From a virus, in the IMG/VR virus record IMGVR_UViG_3300005947_000002, positions 1-31,765 of that record: DNA of 31,765 nt, one strand, 5' to 3'. The notes beneath the pieces were generated by a model, which was not told the origin of the DNA, did no database searches, and worked only from the letters and a program-made list of their open reading frames with translations. A program made the translations under genes and the position numbers. This document shows, piece by piece, positions 8,813 through 15,811 of the stretch (position 1 is the stretch's first letter; each line of letters opens with the position of its first letter).

Positions 8813-9725
8813 CTATCGTTCCTTCCCAGCGCCAAACGCCAGCGTTCTCGTCGTGCCGTCTTTCTGTCCTTCGGCGCAGCACCTTTCGTTGGCCGGTTTT
8901 TTCCATGCGTGGCGCTGCGGTTACACTGCCCTGCCTTCTTATATTATGCGGATGGCCGAAACCCCCGCTCGAGGAACGTACTGATCTCCGTAAGACACCC
9001 GGCGTCGTAGAGGGTGCCACTCTGCGGGAAGAAGGCATAGCGCCGCCAGGGTGCGTACCACTTGATGACGCCCAAGATGGCAAGCCCCTGGAGGTTCCTC
9101 CCCGCCCATATGCGCGTCTTGCCAGAACTGCTATGCCCAAGCTCTTCAAAGCGCAGGTACACGGTGTCACCTCAGCCCCGACGTATTCCTTGCATTGAAC
9201 AGTGGGCTTCGGGCAACGAATGGGCCCGACACATTCCTTGCAGTCCTGTCCTACTCGTTCGCACCCGATACACAGACAGCAGTTGTGCATGCAGTCCTGT
9301 TCCTTGCCGTCGGGAGCGCGGAAGTCCGGACAGAGACCCATCTTGCCGCCGTGCTTCATACAATGCTCGAACCCCTTGCAGTCGTGACAGCTCTTGCCCT
9401 CGTTGGCACAGTCAAGGCAAAGACAGTCGGAGCAATCCCATAGGACTTTGCCTTCGGAGTACCACTTGCCGTTCAGCAGCAAGGCTATTGGCTTTTTCGT
9501 AGGCTTGATGGCAAGGTCAAGCAGCGCGTGTATCTCACATGGCAGGTGGATCTCTTCGAGGTGTGGCACATCCTTCAACGTGCACGGAACAAACCCATGC
9601 TGACAGCCGTTATAAACGACGCAGCGGGCGCCACGCAGAACACAGTAGTCCTCAACTATGACCTGCTCGATAGGTTCAGGAAACAGACTATCCACATACC
9701 CGGAATCAATCTGACGGGGTCTCAT
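8769..9725 (-). CDS. Cysteine-rich protein; credible coding is roughly 9163-9725, and the rest of the open frame overlaps two downstream genes
   Basis: ATGA overlap with the methyltransferase at 9722-9725. There are multiple CxxC clusters (CSDCLCLDC, CHDC, CMHNCCLCIGC, CKEC). After about residue 188 the translation becomes Arg/Ser/Gly-rich, and no in-frame stop occurs until 8769. Confidence 0.5.
   Translation of the reverse strand: MRPRQIDSGYVDSLFPEPIEQVIVEDYCVLRGARCVVYNGCQHGFVPCTLKDVPHLEEIHLPCEIHALLDLAIKPTKKPIALLLNGKWYSEGKVLWDCSDCLCLDCANEGKSCHDCKGFEHCMKHGGKMGLCPDFRAPDGKEQDCMHNCCLCIGCERVGQDCKECVGPIRCPKPTVQCKEYVGAEVTPCTCALKSLGIAVLARRAYGRGGTSRGLPSWASSSGTHPGGAMPSSRRVAPSTTPGVLRRSVRSSSGGFGHPHNIRRQGSVTAAPRMEKTGQRKVLRRRTERRHDENAGVWRWEGTIDDKHWRACGCSARS
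8944..9162 (-). CDS. Conserved-looking small hypothetical protein (72 aa)
   Basis: GTG start with GAGGTG 7 nt upstream. Hand-counted GC3 is about 70 percent, typical of coding here. The GKTRIW...LGVIKWYAPWRRYAFFP...CLTEISTFL pattern resembles small phage proteins I recall (unverified). Confidence 0.6.
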   Translation of the reverse strand: MYLRFEELGHSSSGKTRIWAGRNLQGLAILGVIKWYAPWRRYAFFPQSGTLYDAGCLTEISTFLERGFRPSA

Positions 9726-10700
9726 ACAGCAACCTCGTCGATTGCCTTGATGCTTCGCATGAGTTCCATGGCGACCTGCGGGACTATGGAGTTGCCGAGC
9801 GCTTTTAGCCTTTGTGTCCGATGTCCTGATTTGGACAGTTCAAGTCCGTCCAGCCTGACGGGTAGCCCATCATCCACTCGACAAAGGGCGGTTGCAGCTT
9901 CAACCCATCCTTGGTTCCAGTCGGGGAAGTCCCCATTCCATAAGTGATGACGTTCGGCAGCTGGCTCATGTGAGGCCGTTTCCTCTGCATATGCTTCGGC
10001 CCGTTTGCTCCCTTGTAATCTCTCGTCGCAGGCGTTGGCAGTAATGCGATCTGTGTCCCCAGATCGTCGCCCCCACTGCCTTTCCGGCTCGCTCTCGCAT
10101 AGTCCGGACCCGATGGAGACGCCTTCGGTGTCGCGACAAGCGACAATCCAGACTCTGTCTCTTTTGTGCGGCGCGCCGATAGCCGCAGCTGGAATAATGA
10201 GCGGTTGAACTTCGTAGCCCAATCGCTCCAAGTCAGTACACACCTGTTCGAGTGCCATGTTGACGATCCCAGGCACGTTTTCACCAATGACCCAATGGGG
10301 CCTTGTCTCGGATATAACCCTAAACATTGCAGGCCAGAGATAGCGGTCGTCTGCCCCCCCCCCGTCGTTTTCCTGCTTGACTGAACGGCTGGCAGGGGAA
10401 GCCACCGGTGAGGAGGTCAAGACGTCCGTCAAGCTCATCGAGTGTTTGCTGCCCTCTCTGTGCTGTGTTGACTTCATGGGATCCCAGCTGTCCGCTGCTC
10501 TCGGGGTCGGCAATAAGTCGTTCGGCTGATAGAGTTCGGATGTCATCATAGACGTTCACCCCCGGAAATCGCAATTTGAGCAGCGCCTGACAATACGGAT
10601 CGATCTCGCAGAAACCGACACAGTGGTAATCGGCACCCCACACTGTCTGAGCGGCAAGGGCAAAACCACCAATGCCAGAGAACAGGTCCAAGTGGTTCAT
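9722..10700 (-). pseudogene. DNA (cytosine-5)-methyltransferase, split over three reading frames (frameshifted, recoded or decaying)
   Basis: Frame A (10700 down to 10320) has DLFSGIGG (motif I), EIDPYC and GGFPCQPFSQAGKRRG (motif IV). Frame B (10549 down to 9722) has DDRYLWP, GENVPG (VI), APHKRDRVWIVA (VIII) and RLKALGNSIVPQ (X). Frame C (10287 down to 9805) has LVATPKASPSGPD, LLPTPATRDYKG and FVEWMMGYPSGWTDL (TRD / motif IX-like). Confidence 0.65.
10354..10363. repeat. Homopolymer C10 (G10 on the coding strand) at the motif IV frame break of the methyltransferase
   Basis: Counted directly in ctgCCCCCCCCCCgtcg. G9 or G12 would fuse frame A to frame B, giving GKRRGGADDRYLWP. Confidence 0.95.
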
Positions 10701-10900
10701 GGCGTCACCTCGAGCGTACCAAGGCAGCGGGCGAGACGGCTTGTCTGGATCGTGAACTGGTCGCCGTTCGTAGCCGTCAGCTCAACCCATTGCTGCACCC
10801 CGTTGCCGACGACGAGGCCCTTGAAGATACGGCCGTCGACCAGGACGAGCTCGACCTTCTGGCCGGGCACAAGTTTCTTGATGACACCGTTGTTGGTCAT
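10697..10900 (-). CDS. Hypothetical protein (67 aa)
   Basis: ATGA overlaps at both ends (10897-10900 and 10697-10700). High GC3. Confidence 0.55.
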   Translation of the reverse strand: MTNNGVIKKLVPGQKVELVLVDGRIFKGLVVGNGVQQWVELTATNGDQFTIQTSRLARCLGTLEVTP

Positions 10901-11067
10901 AGTGTCACCCACCACAAACGTGTCCGCTCAATGTTTTCTTCCTTCGTGAACGCGGTTTGGAACTTCTCGTCTATCTCCCGCTGTTCTGCCGTCCGCCGTT
11001 TCTTCTTCTCCGCTGTGACGGCTCTCCTTTGACTGTTACGGATTGCCCTGCTTTCTGCGGTCGTCAT
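10897..11067 (-). CDS. Hypothetical basic protein (56 aa)
   Basis: ATGA overlaps at 11064-11067 and 10897-10900. The track start at 11148 lies inside the upstream gene and was rejected. Confidence 0.5.
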   Translation of the reverse strand: MTTAESRAIRNSQRRAVTAEKKKRRTAEQREIDEKFQTAFTKEENIERTRLWWVTL

Positions 11068-11603
11068 GGGGTCACCCCGGGAATGTACAGCACTTCCACG
11101 CGCACGTTGTGACGCCTTCCCCAGTGTATTGCCGCGTCCGTTGACCATAGGAACACGTCGAGCTTGTTGCCATGGATGGCGCCCCCTGTGTCGATGACGG
11201 TACAGGGCTTGCCGTCGTTATAACCAGGGATGACGACCAGCGAGCCGAAGGGCAGCACGGACAAGTCTGCAGCAATGCCACCAACGTAGACGCGCTTACC
11301 GCTGGCTGTCACCAATGGAGACGCGTCACATTCGGCAACGGTCGGACTATAGGCCGTGATCTCCATGGAGAGAACCATGACGGGTTCTGAGTATCGCGTC
11401 GTTACCTTGTCGATGGGAAGGGCTACGGCTGCCAGCCGACGAGCGACCCGGAAGTTGACGACATCGCCCGCGCTTGCCCGTTTTGGTGACGCCGCCACGG
11501 CTGCAATGAGTAGGACAATGGCAATCGCCCAGATAACGACCAGCACGGCTACGAGGATATCAAACCAACTGATGGGTTCTGTCCCACGCGATGACCACTT
11601 CAT
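11064..11603 (-). CDS. 3D-domain (RlpA/MltA-like double-psi barrel) protein with an N-terminal transmembrane anchor (179 aa)
   Basis: TM segment ISWFDILVAVLVVIWAIAIVLLIAAVAA, then ITAYSPTVAECDASP...GGIAAD...LPFGS...VIDTGGAI.GNKLDVF, the 3D-domain pattern. ATGA overlap at 11600-11603. Confidence 0.7.
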   Translation of the reverse strand: MKWSSRGTEPISWFDILVAVLVVIWAIAIVLLIAAVAASPKRASAGDVVNFRVARRLAAVALPIDKVTTRYSEPVMVLSMEITAYSPTVAECDASPLVTASGKRVYVGGIAADLSVLPFGSLVVIPGYNDGKPCTVIDTGGAIHGNKLDVFLWSTDAAIHWGRRHNVRVEVLYIPGVTP

Positions 11604-12034
11604 GGTGCCACCTGCCGCTCGTGCCACCAGGCCTCGAGTTCTTCGACTTCACGGATGACCAGATAGATAGCACCGGCTGATTCGAAACGTACCTGCCATT
11701 CCTTCTGTGGATCACTCTGGTCGGTTGTCGGACGCTTCATTTCGATGCCAATGAGACGGCCCGTGCCAGGTTCGATCGCCAGGATGTCGGGCAGACCCTT
11801 GACGCCGTAGCGAATGAACGACCGTCCGATCGTGCCATTTTTCCGGGTGTATTCGTGCTTGGCTGCGCCGGTGTTCTGCCTCCAGAATACGAAATCTTGC
11901 ATAGCGAGCCAAGCGAGGACAGCTGCCTGTCGTGGGGTTTCCTTGCGGGTCTTGCGAGCGTACGCTTCCGGGTCAAGAACCTCGTTGGAACAATCTGATA
12001 CCGGCTTGCGCCGTCGTTCTGCTGCGATGCTCAT
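11600..12034 (-). CDS. VRR-NUC domain nuclease (PD-(D/E)xK; 144 aa)
   Basis: GLPDILAI...LIGIEMKRP core is typical of VRR-NUC. It is preceded by start-associated element copy D. Confidence 0.7.
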   Translation of the reverse strand: MSIAAERRRKPVSDCSNEVLDPEAYARKTRKETPRQAAVLAWLAMQDFVFWRQNTGAAKHEYTRKNGTIGRSFIRYGVKGLPDILAIEPGTGRLIGIEMKRPTTDQSDPQKEWQVRFESAGAIYLVIREVEELEAWWHERQVAP

Positions 12035-12037
12035 GTG

Positions 12038-12058
12038 CGATCCTCCTAGATCGATTGT
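12038..12058 (-). promoter_or_regulatory. Start-associated element, copy D (minus strand ACAATCGATCTAGGAGGATCG)
   Basis: Ends 3 nt before the ATG at 12034. Lies in a 40-nt gap after the upstream stop. Confidence 0.7.
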
Positions 12059-12074
12059 TGCGTACAGTCAGATG

Positions 12075-12302
12075 CTAGTGCTGGTGTTCTGCTACGGTGC
12101 CTCCTGCTGGTACCTCAAAGTCACGGCGGTCTTTCCATTCCGCCTTCTTCCCCTTGTTCCACGTTGATACCGGGGTCAAGTACCCCACAACCCTGGAATA
12201 TACGAGGCACCCGGTGCGTTTCTCTACGGGAACAGCGATGACCCCCTGGTAGAGAAGATCGTGGTTCTCGTTCTCTGTCCAACCGTCAGGAAGCTCAGTC
12301 AT
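12075..12302 (-). CDS. Stand-alone NrdD C-terminal (glycyl-radical-domain-like) mini-protein (75 aa)
   Basis: CLVYSRVVGYLTPVSTWNKGKKAEWKDRRDF matches the C-terminal glycyl-radical segment of class III ribonucleotide reductases (RVxGY...WNxGKxxExxxR) as I recall it. ATGA overlap at 12299-12302. Confidence 0.65.
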   Translation of the reverse strand: MTELPDGWTENENHDLLYQGVIAVPVEKRTGCLVYSRVVGYLTPVSTWNKGKKAEWKDRRDFEVPAGGTVAEHQH

Positions 12303-12568
12303 GGAGTCTCCTCAAACAAGTGGAAGACGTAGGGCGGTTGCTGAAACGTTCCGATATACTGCACATTGCGCCCTTCGGGAATCAATAAGCCGGTGCCGTA
12401 GAGCCTGAACGTGCGGGTCTCACACCTAGCGTCTACATCGGGAACCAGCGCCCACAAACACGGCGCTCCATTCTGTAATTGCAACGCAAGAATACTCGCG
12501 CCCTTCGGCATGTCTATGGCAAAACAGTCGACGCCTTCATCCAACTTGAACTTCCAGATCGCCCTCAT
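12299..12568 (-). CDS. Conserved phage hypothetical protein (89 aa)
   Basis: IWKFKL...MPKGASILALQLQNGAPCLWALV...YGTG...YIGTFQ...VFHLFE is a pattern I recall from a widespread phage DUF family. ATGA overlaps at both ends. Confidence 0.6.
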   Translation of the reverse strand: MRAIWKFKLDEGVDCFAIDMPKGASILALQLQNGAPCLWALVPDVDARCETRTFRLYGTGLLIPEGRNVQYIGTFQQPPYVFHLFEETP

Positions 12569-12693
12569 GGCTTCATCCTCCTTTGCTCTCGGTCAATGCT
12601 GATACCGATGTATAGTGCCATCCCTACCGCTCCGAATATCACTCCAGCAATGAAACAAAACCATCCAACGAAGTTCACCCAACCTTGGCTCAT
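12565..12693 (-). CDS. Small membrane peptide (42 aa), not in the ORF track
   Basis: ATG at 12693 overlaps the Gp37/68 stop (ATGA), and its own stop overlaps the next ATG (ATGA at 12565-12568). It has one hydrophobic helix, WVNFVGWFCFIAGVIFGAVGMALYIGI. Confidence 0.5.
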   Translation of the reverse strand: MSQGWVNFVGWFCFIAGVIFGAVGMALYIGISIDREQRRMKP

Positions 12694-13544
12694 TGTGACA
12701 CCCCCATTGCCTTCGTCTTCACTTCGTTCTCGAGTGTCTCAAGTTCTTTCTCAGACAACTTCGTTTGCAATCCCTTCGGATACCACTGGACAAGATCTTC
12801 GGGAATGATCTGCTTCAGGCTTTGCTTCAGGAAGACGGGAATGCCATGAGCAACGGCAGTGTCAACAAGACTCTCGACCCATGCTGTCTTTGGCTGCTGG
12901 TTCCTCGATCCTGGTCCCGTCATCGCGCCGATGACCAACCAGTCGATGGTATCTTCCCATTCCATGTTCTCGGTGATGTCCTCGAGTAGGGGTTCTGCAC
13001 TCGCCCAGGTATGCCAGCCTTCCTCATGGAGTGGCCACAGGTGATCGCGGAAGGTGCTAGTGTCGTTCTTCGTGTCGAAGGTCGCACCCAGCCACCAATT
13101 GGCGTGCGGCTTGATTTTCTCCTGGTAGATGAACAATTGCTCGTACCGCATCGGGTTCTTGGTCAAAAACAGATATTGGTGCTGAGGGTTCATCTCGCAC
13201 GTTGCCAGGACGGAGTAGATCCAGTCATTGGGTACCCAGTCACCGAACAGGTCACACATCGAACCCACGAAGATACGAGAGGGCTTCTGAACTCTCCCTG
13301 GTTCTGGCAGCCGATAACTGTGGAGCGTCGGAGCAAAGCCATACTTCCAGGAGCCGCCAGCACTTCTTGCCTTCCTGATCTCATGAAGGCCATTGCCCGG
13401 CTGGGTGCAATCGTCCCAGTTGTCGGTTTCCTTAGGAGTGAATCTCTGCGCCATTCGCCGGGCATAGCAGTAGTCACAACCATGTTGGCAGCCCGTAACA
13501 GGATTCCAGGAGTAGTCTGCCCAGTCGATGCGTGTGCGGTTCAT
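12690..13544 (-). CDS. Phage Gp37/Gp68-family (DUF5131, three-Cys, radical-SAM-like) protein (284 aa)
   Basis: The N-terminus RIDWADYSWNPVTGCQHGCDYCYARRMA is the family hallmark. Here the cysteines have canonical CX3CX2C spacing. Confidence 0.8.
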   Translation of the reverse strand: MNRTRIDWADYSWNPVTGCQHGCDYCYARRMAQRFTPKETDNWDDCTQPGNGLHEIRKARSAGGSWKYGFAPTLHSYRLPEPGRVQKPSRIFVGSMCDLFGDWVPNDWIYSVLATCEMNPQHQYLFLTKNPMRYEQLFIYQEKIKPHANWWLGATFDTKNDTSTFRDHLWPLHEEGWHTWASAEPLLEDITENMEWEDTIDWLVIGAMTGPGSRNQQPKTAWVESLVDTAVAHGIPVFLKQSLKQIIPEDLVQWYPKGLQTKLSEKELETLENEVKTKAMGVSQ

Positions 13545-14356
13545 ACGGTCATCTCCCTGTCAGGCTCTTCCTTCGCCTTCATGACTTCAATAGTGTTCAG
13601 GATTGCTTGAGCATCTTCCCGGATATGCTCCATTTCCCGAGGAAACGGTAGGGTCAGCGCCTCATCGAGAGATTTGGCAATACCATACCACTCCCTGATG
13701 TTGTGCCTCTTACAAACATCTTTTATGTCATCCAGCTCGTCGAGATCTGCCTTCACGTTGTGGAGCCGGTCGATCTCGCATTGCAGCTCTGCCAACTTCT
13801 GTGGCAGTTTCGTCGCGAGACTTCGACCAAGAATGTGGGAGCTAGATTTATCTTTCAGGTATTCTTCGATCCATACCTTCTTCGAGTTGAAGAACGGCAG
13901 CCGGTCTGAGTCCAGCTTTGACATGATGATATACATGAGCATGTCAGCACTGGGCGTGATGTCTCGATGTATAGCTTTCTTCTTCATGACGACGGTCCTC
14001 GACTCAGGCCGGTAGTACATCAGACCGCATTCCAGTGGTATCTCCGTACGGTCGATGATGCCGGAGGGGCAGACAAGGTAAAACTCGTGGACGTAGCCGA
14101 AGTACTGATACCACTTGGCATCACGCAGGAAATCGCCACGGCTGATCTTGATTTCGTAACCTGAGATGCACGGCTTGCTCCAAGACTTCGCAATAGACAG
14201 GCCATCCAGAATCAGCAAGCCACCATCTGCTGGGACATATTGAGTCGGACCGTTCTTGACCTGAGTCATGAAGAAAGACGGAGGGGCTTGTAGGGCGCAT
14301 CTGTTGGCCAGCGCAGTCGAAATATCCAAGGACGAGACGGCATCAACTGTTGCCAT
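13541..14356 (-). CDS. MmcB-like PD-(D/E)xK nuclease-fold protein (271 aa)
   Basis: GYEIKISRGDFLRDAKW...HEFYLVCP core. ATG at 14356 lies 5 nt after AAGGAGAG. I rejected the track start at 14380. Confidence 0.6.
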   Translation of the reverse strand: MATVDAVSSLDISTALANRCALQAPPSFFMTQVKNGPTQYVPADGGLLILDGLSIAKSWSKPCISGYEIKISRGDFLRDAKWYQYFGYVHEFYLVCPSGIIDRTEIPLECGLMYYRPESRTVVMKKKAIHRDITPSADMLMYIIMSKLDSDRLPFFNSKKVWIEEYLKDKSSSHILGRSLATKLPQKLAELQCEIDRLHNVKADLDELDDIKDVCKRHNIREWYGIAKSLDEALTLPFPREMEHIREDAQAILNTIEVMKAKEEPDREMTV

Positions 14357-14570
14357 TAGCGCTCTCCTTTGGGTCAACAACTGAAGTCCGAATCATCATG
14401 TACGTGCCATCGCCCATCCCGAACTGAAAGAGAGAGGCGTCCAGTATCCGCCTGCGTTCTGCTCTGACAACTGCAGCAGCGAAGACGTCAAGTTCCTCGC
14501 CACTCCATACGTGGCCCCGGTCTACCATGCGTTGTTTAAGTTCTTCAACTGAGATAAATTCCACGCTCAT
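14343..14570 (-). CDS. Hypothetical protein (75 aa)
   Basis: ATGA overlap at 14567-14570. Compositionally plausible as coding. Confidence 0.5.
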   Translation of the reverse strand: MSVEFISVEELKQRMVDRGHVWSGEELDVFAAAVVRAERRRILDASLFQFGMGDGTYMMIRTSVVDPKESANGNS

Positions 14571-14848
14571 GCCGTCACCTTCTTGTTCAGCTCCTGGACA
14601 ACGATCATGCGGTAGTATCGCCGTGCGTTATGGTATACACCTGTTCCATCCACGGGGTAACCTTCGTCCTTCTCGTCCTGCATCATCCGGAAGGCGTCGA
14701 CTGGAATGTCTGTCGTGACTTCCTTGTCACGCGGCATCCAGGGGACATAACAGATCCACTTCCCTTCCTCGAGGGCAAACTTCACGCGCCAGTAGTAACG
14801 GAAGGTGACTGTCACCTTCTCCTGCGAGGGCTTGATGTTCTCGTTCAT
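14567..14848 (-). CDS. Hypothetical protein (93 aa)
   Basis: ATGA overlaps at 14845-14848 and 14567-14570. Confidence 0.5.
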   Translation of the reverse strand: MNENIKPSQEKVTVTFRYYWRVKFALEEGKWICYVPWMPRDKEVTTDIPVDAFRMMQDEKDEGYPVDGTGVYHNARRYYRMIVVQELNKKVTA

Positions 14849-15381
14849 GGCTGCCTCCGTTCTGCTGCCACGGAGGTACCGACAACGTCGAAGTCGGCTG
14901 CCGCGTCAGCGTCGCTCACGTCATCGTCATGCGCCAATTCTCTCAATGCCCCCGCGGCCTGGTACTGGACGGTTGCCAGATACTCTGTGCCGTCTTTGTT
15001 GAACCGTTTCACCGGGAAGTGCATGCCAGCGTCAAACCCGATCTCGACGAACTGGTTGGGGTAACTCTCCAGGGCTTCGACCAGCGGGCGCCACTTTGCA
15101 GCAAGGTCCATGAAACGGCACATCACGGCCGTGGTACCTTGAAGTTTGAGGCGTGTTTCCTTGAGAGCGTGCGCATATCCACCCGCTGCATGAAACTTCC
15201 CGGCCAGGAAGGCACGCTTGCGCTCTTCCCTGCGGTTCGCCTCTCTCATCATCCCGTCAGTGTATACCCGCTCAAAGTCTGCCGCGAAGTCCGCAGCGTG
15301 CGCCTCAGCGTCTTCACAACGACACATGAGCGAGGCGTGTTCTGTATCGGTCATGATCACGAGCTTGCCGAGGCGTCTCAT
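14845..15381 (-). CDS. Hypothetical protein (178 aa)
   Basis: ATGA overlap at 15378-15381 sets the start at MRRLGKLVIMTD. I rejected the 74-codon upstream extension in the track. Confidence 0.55.
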   Translation of the reverse strand: MRRLGKLVIMTDTEHASLMCRCEDAEAHAADFAADFERVYTDGMMREANRREERKRAFLAGKFHAAGGYAHALKETRLKLQGTTAVMCRFMDLAAKWRPLVEALESYPNQFVEIGFDAGMHFPVKRFNKDGTEYLATVQYQAAGALRELAHDDDVSDADAAADFDVVGTSVAAERRQP

Positions 15382-15563
15382 TTTGCCACCTGACGCACAA
15401 TGTACCCGTTCGCTGCCGATGCACGCTGATCGAACTCTTTGCAAATAATCTGTTCTGCTACTACGCCAGGGCGGACAGCACACATCATTGTCTGACGATG
15501 CAGGCGAGCGTTCAGGGCACATTCTTGGTGCTTGCAGATCTCGCAAAGAATGGCGCGCTTCAT
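15378..15563 (-). CDS. Small Cys-containing hypothetical protein (61 aa)
   Basis: ATGA overlaps at both ends. A CEICKHQEC...C pattern suggests a small zinc-binding protein. Confidence 0.5.
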   Translation of the reverse strand: MKRAILCEICKHQECALNARLHRQTMMCAVRPGVVAEQIICKEFDQRASAANGYIVRQVAK

Positions 15564-15811
15564 GACTGCGCCTCGTAATCTGCGTCATTGTAACCATCGG
15601 CATAGATGAACTTCACATGAGGTTCAATGCGATCGCACAAGTATTGTTGGAAGTCTGCCATGACATCATCATCGATGTGGACCAGGACGCCACCGAGTCC
15701 ATCTTCCCTCTTCTCCAAGCAGTGAAGGATGTCAACCATGATGTTGCAGACCTCATGCGCTACGTCTGGTTCAAGGTGGCGCTGCCAGTCTTCGCCCGTT
15801 CCCGTCATCAT
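15560..15811 (-). CDS. Acidic hypothetical protein (83 aa)
   Basis: ATGA overlap with the antirepressor stop at 15808-15811. I rejected the 160-codon Arg/Pro/Gly-rich extension in the track ORF. Confidence 0.55.
   Translation of the reverse strand: MMTGTGEDWQRHLEPDVAHEVCNIMVDILHCLEKREDGLGGVLVHIDDDVMADFQQYLCDRIEPHVKFIYADGYNDADYEAQS

Noticed and set aside
9841-9885. Frame-B string RVDDGLPVRLDG, resembling the RVADGxPxRVDRL segment that I recall just before motif X in some phage methyltransferases
   Set aside because: It is the +2 shadow of FVEWMMGYPSGWTDL (frame C). It uses rare A/T-ending codons (gat gat ggg cta), with GC3 of 9 of 21 versus 17 of 20 for frame C. It is also separated from RLKALGN by 10 extra residues. 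I therefore do not take it as evidence that frame B is the coding frame here.
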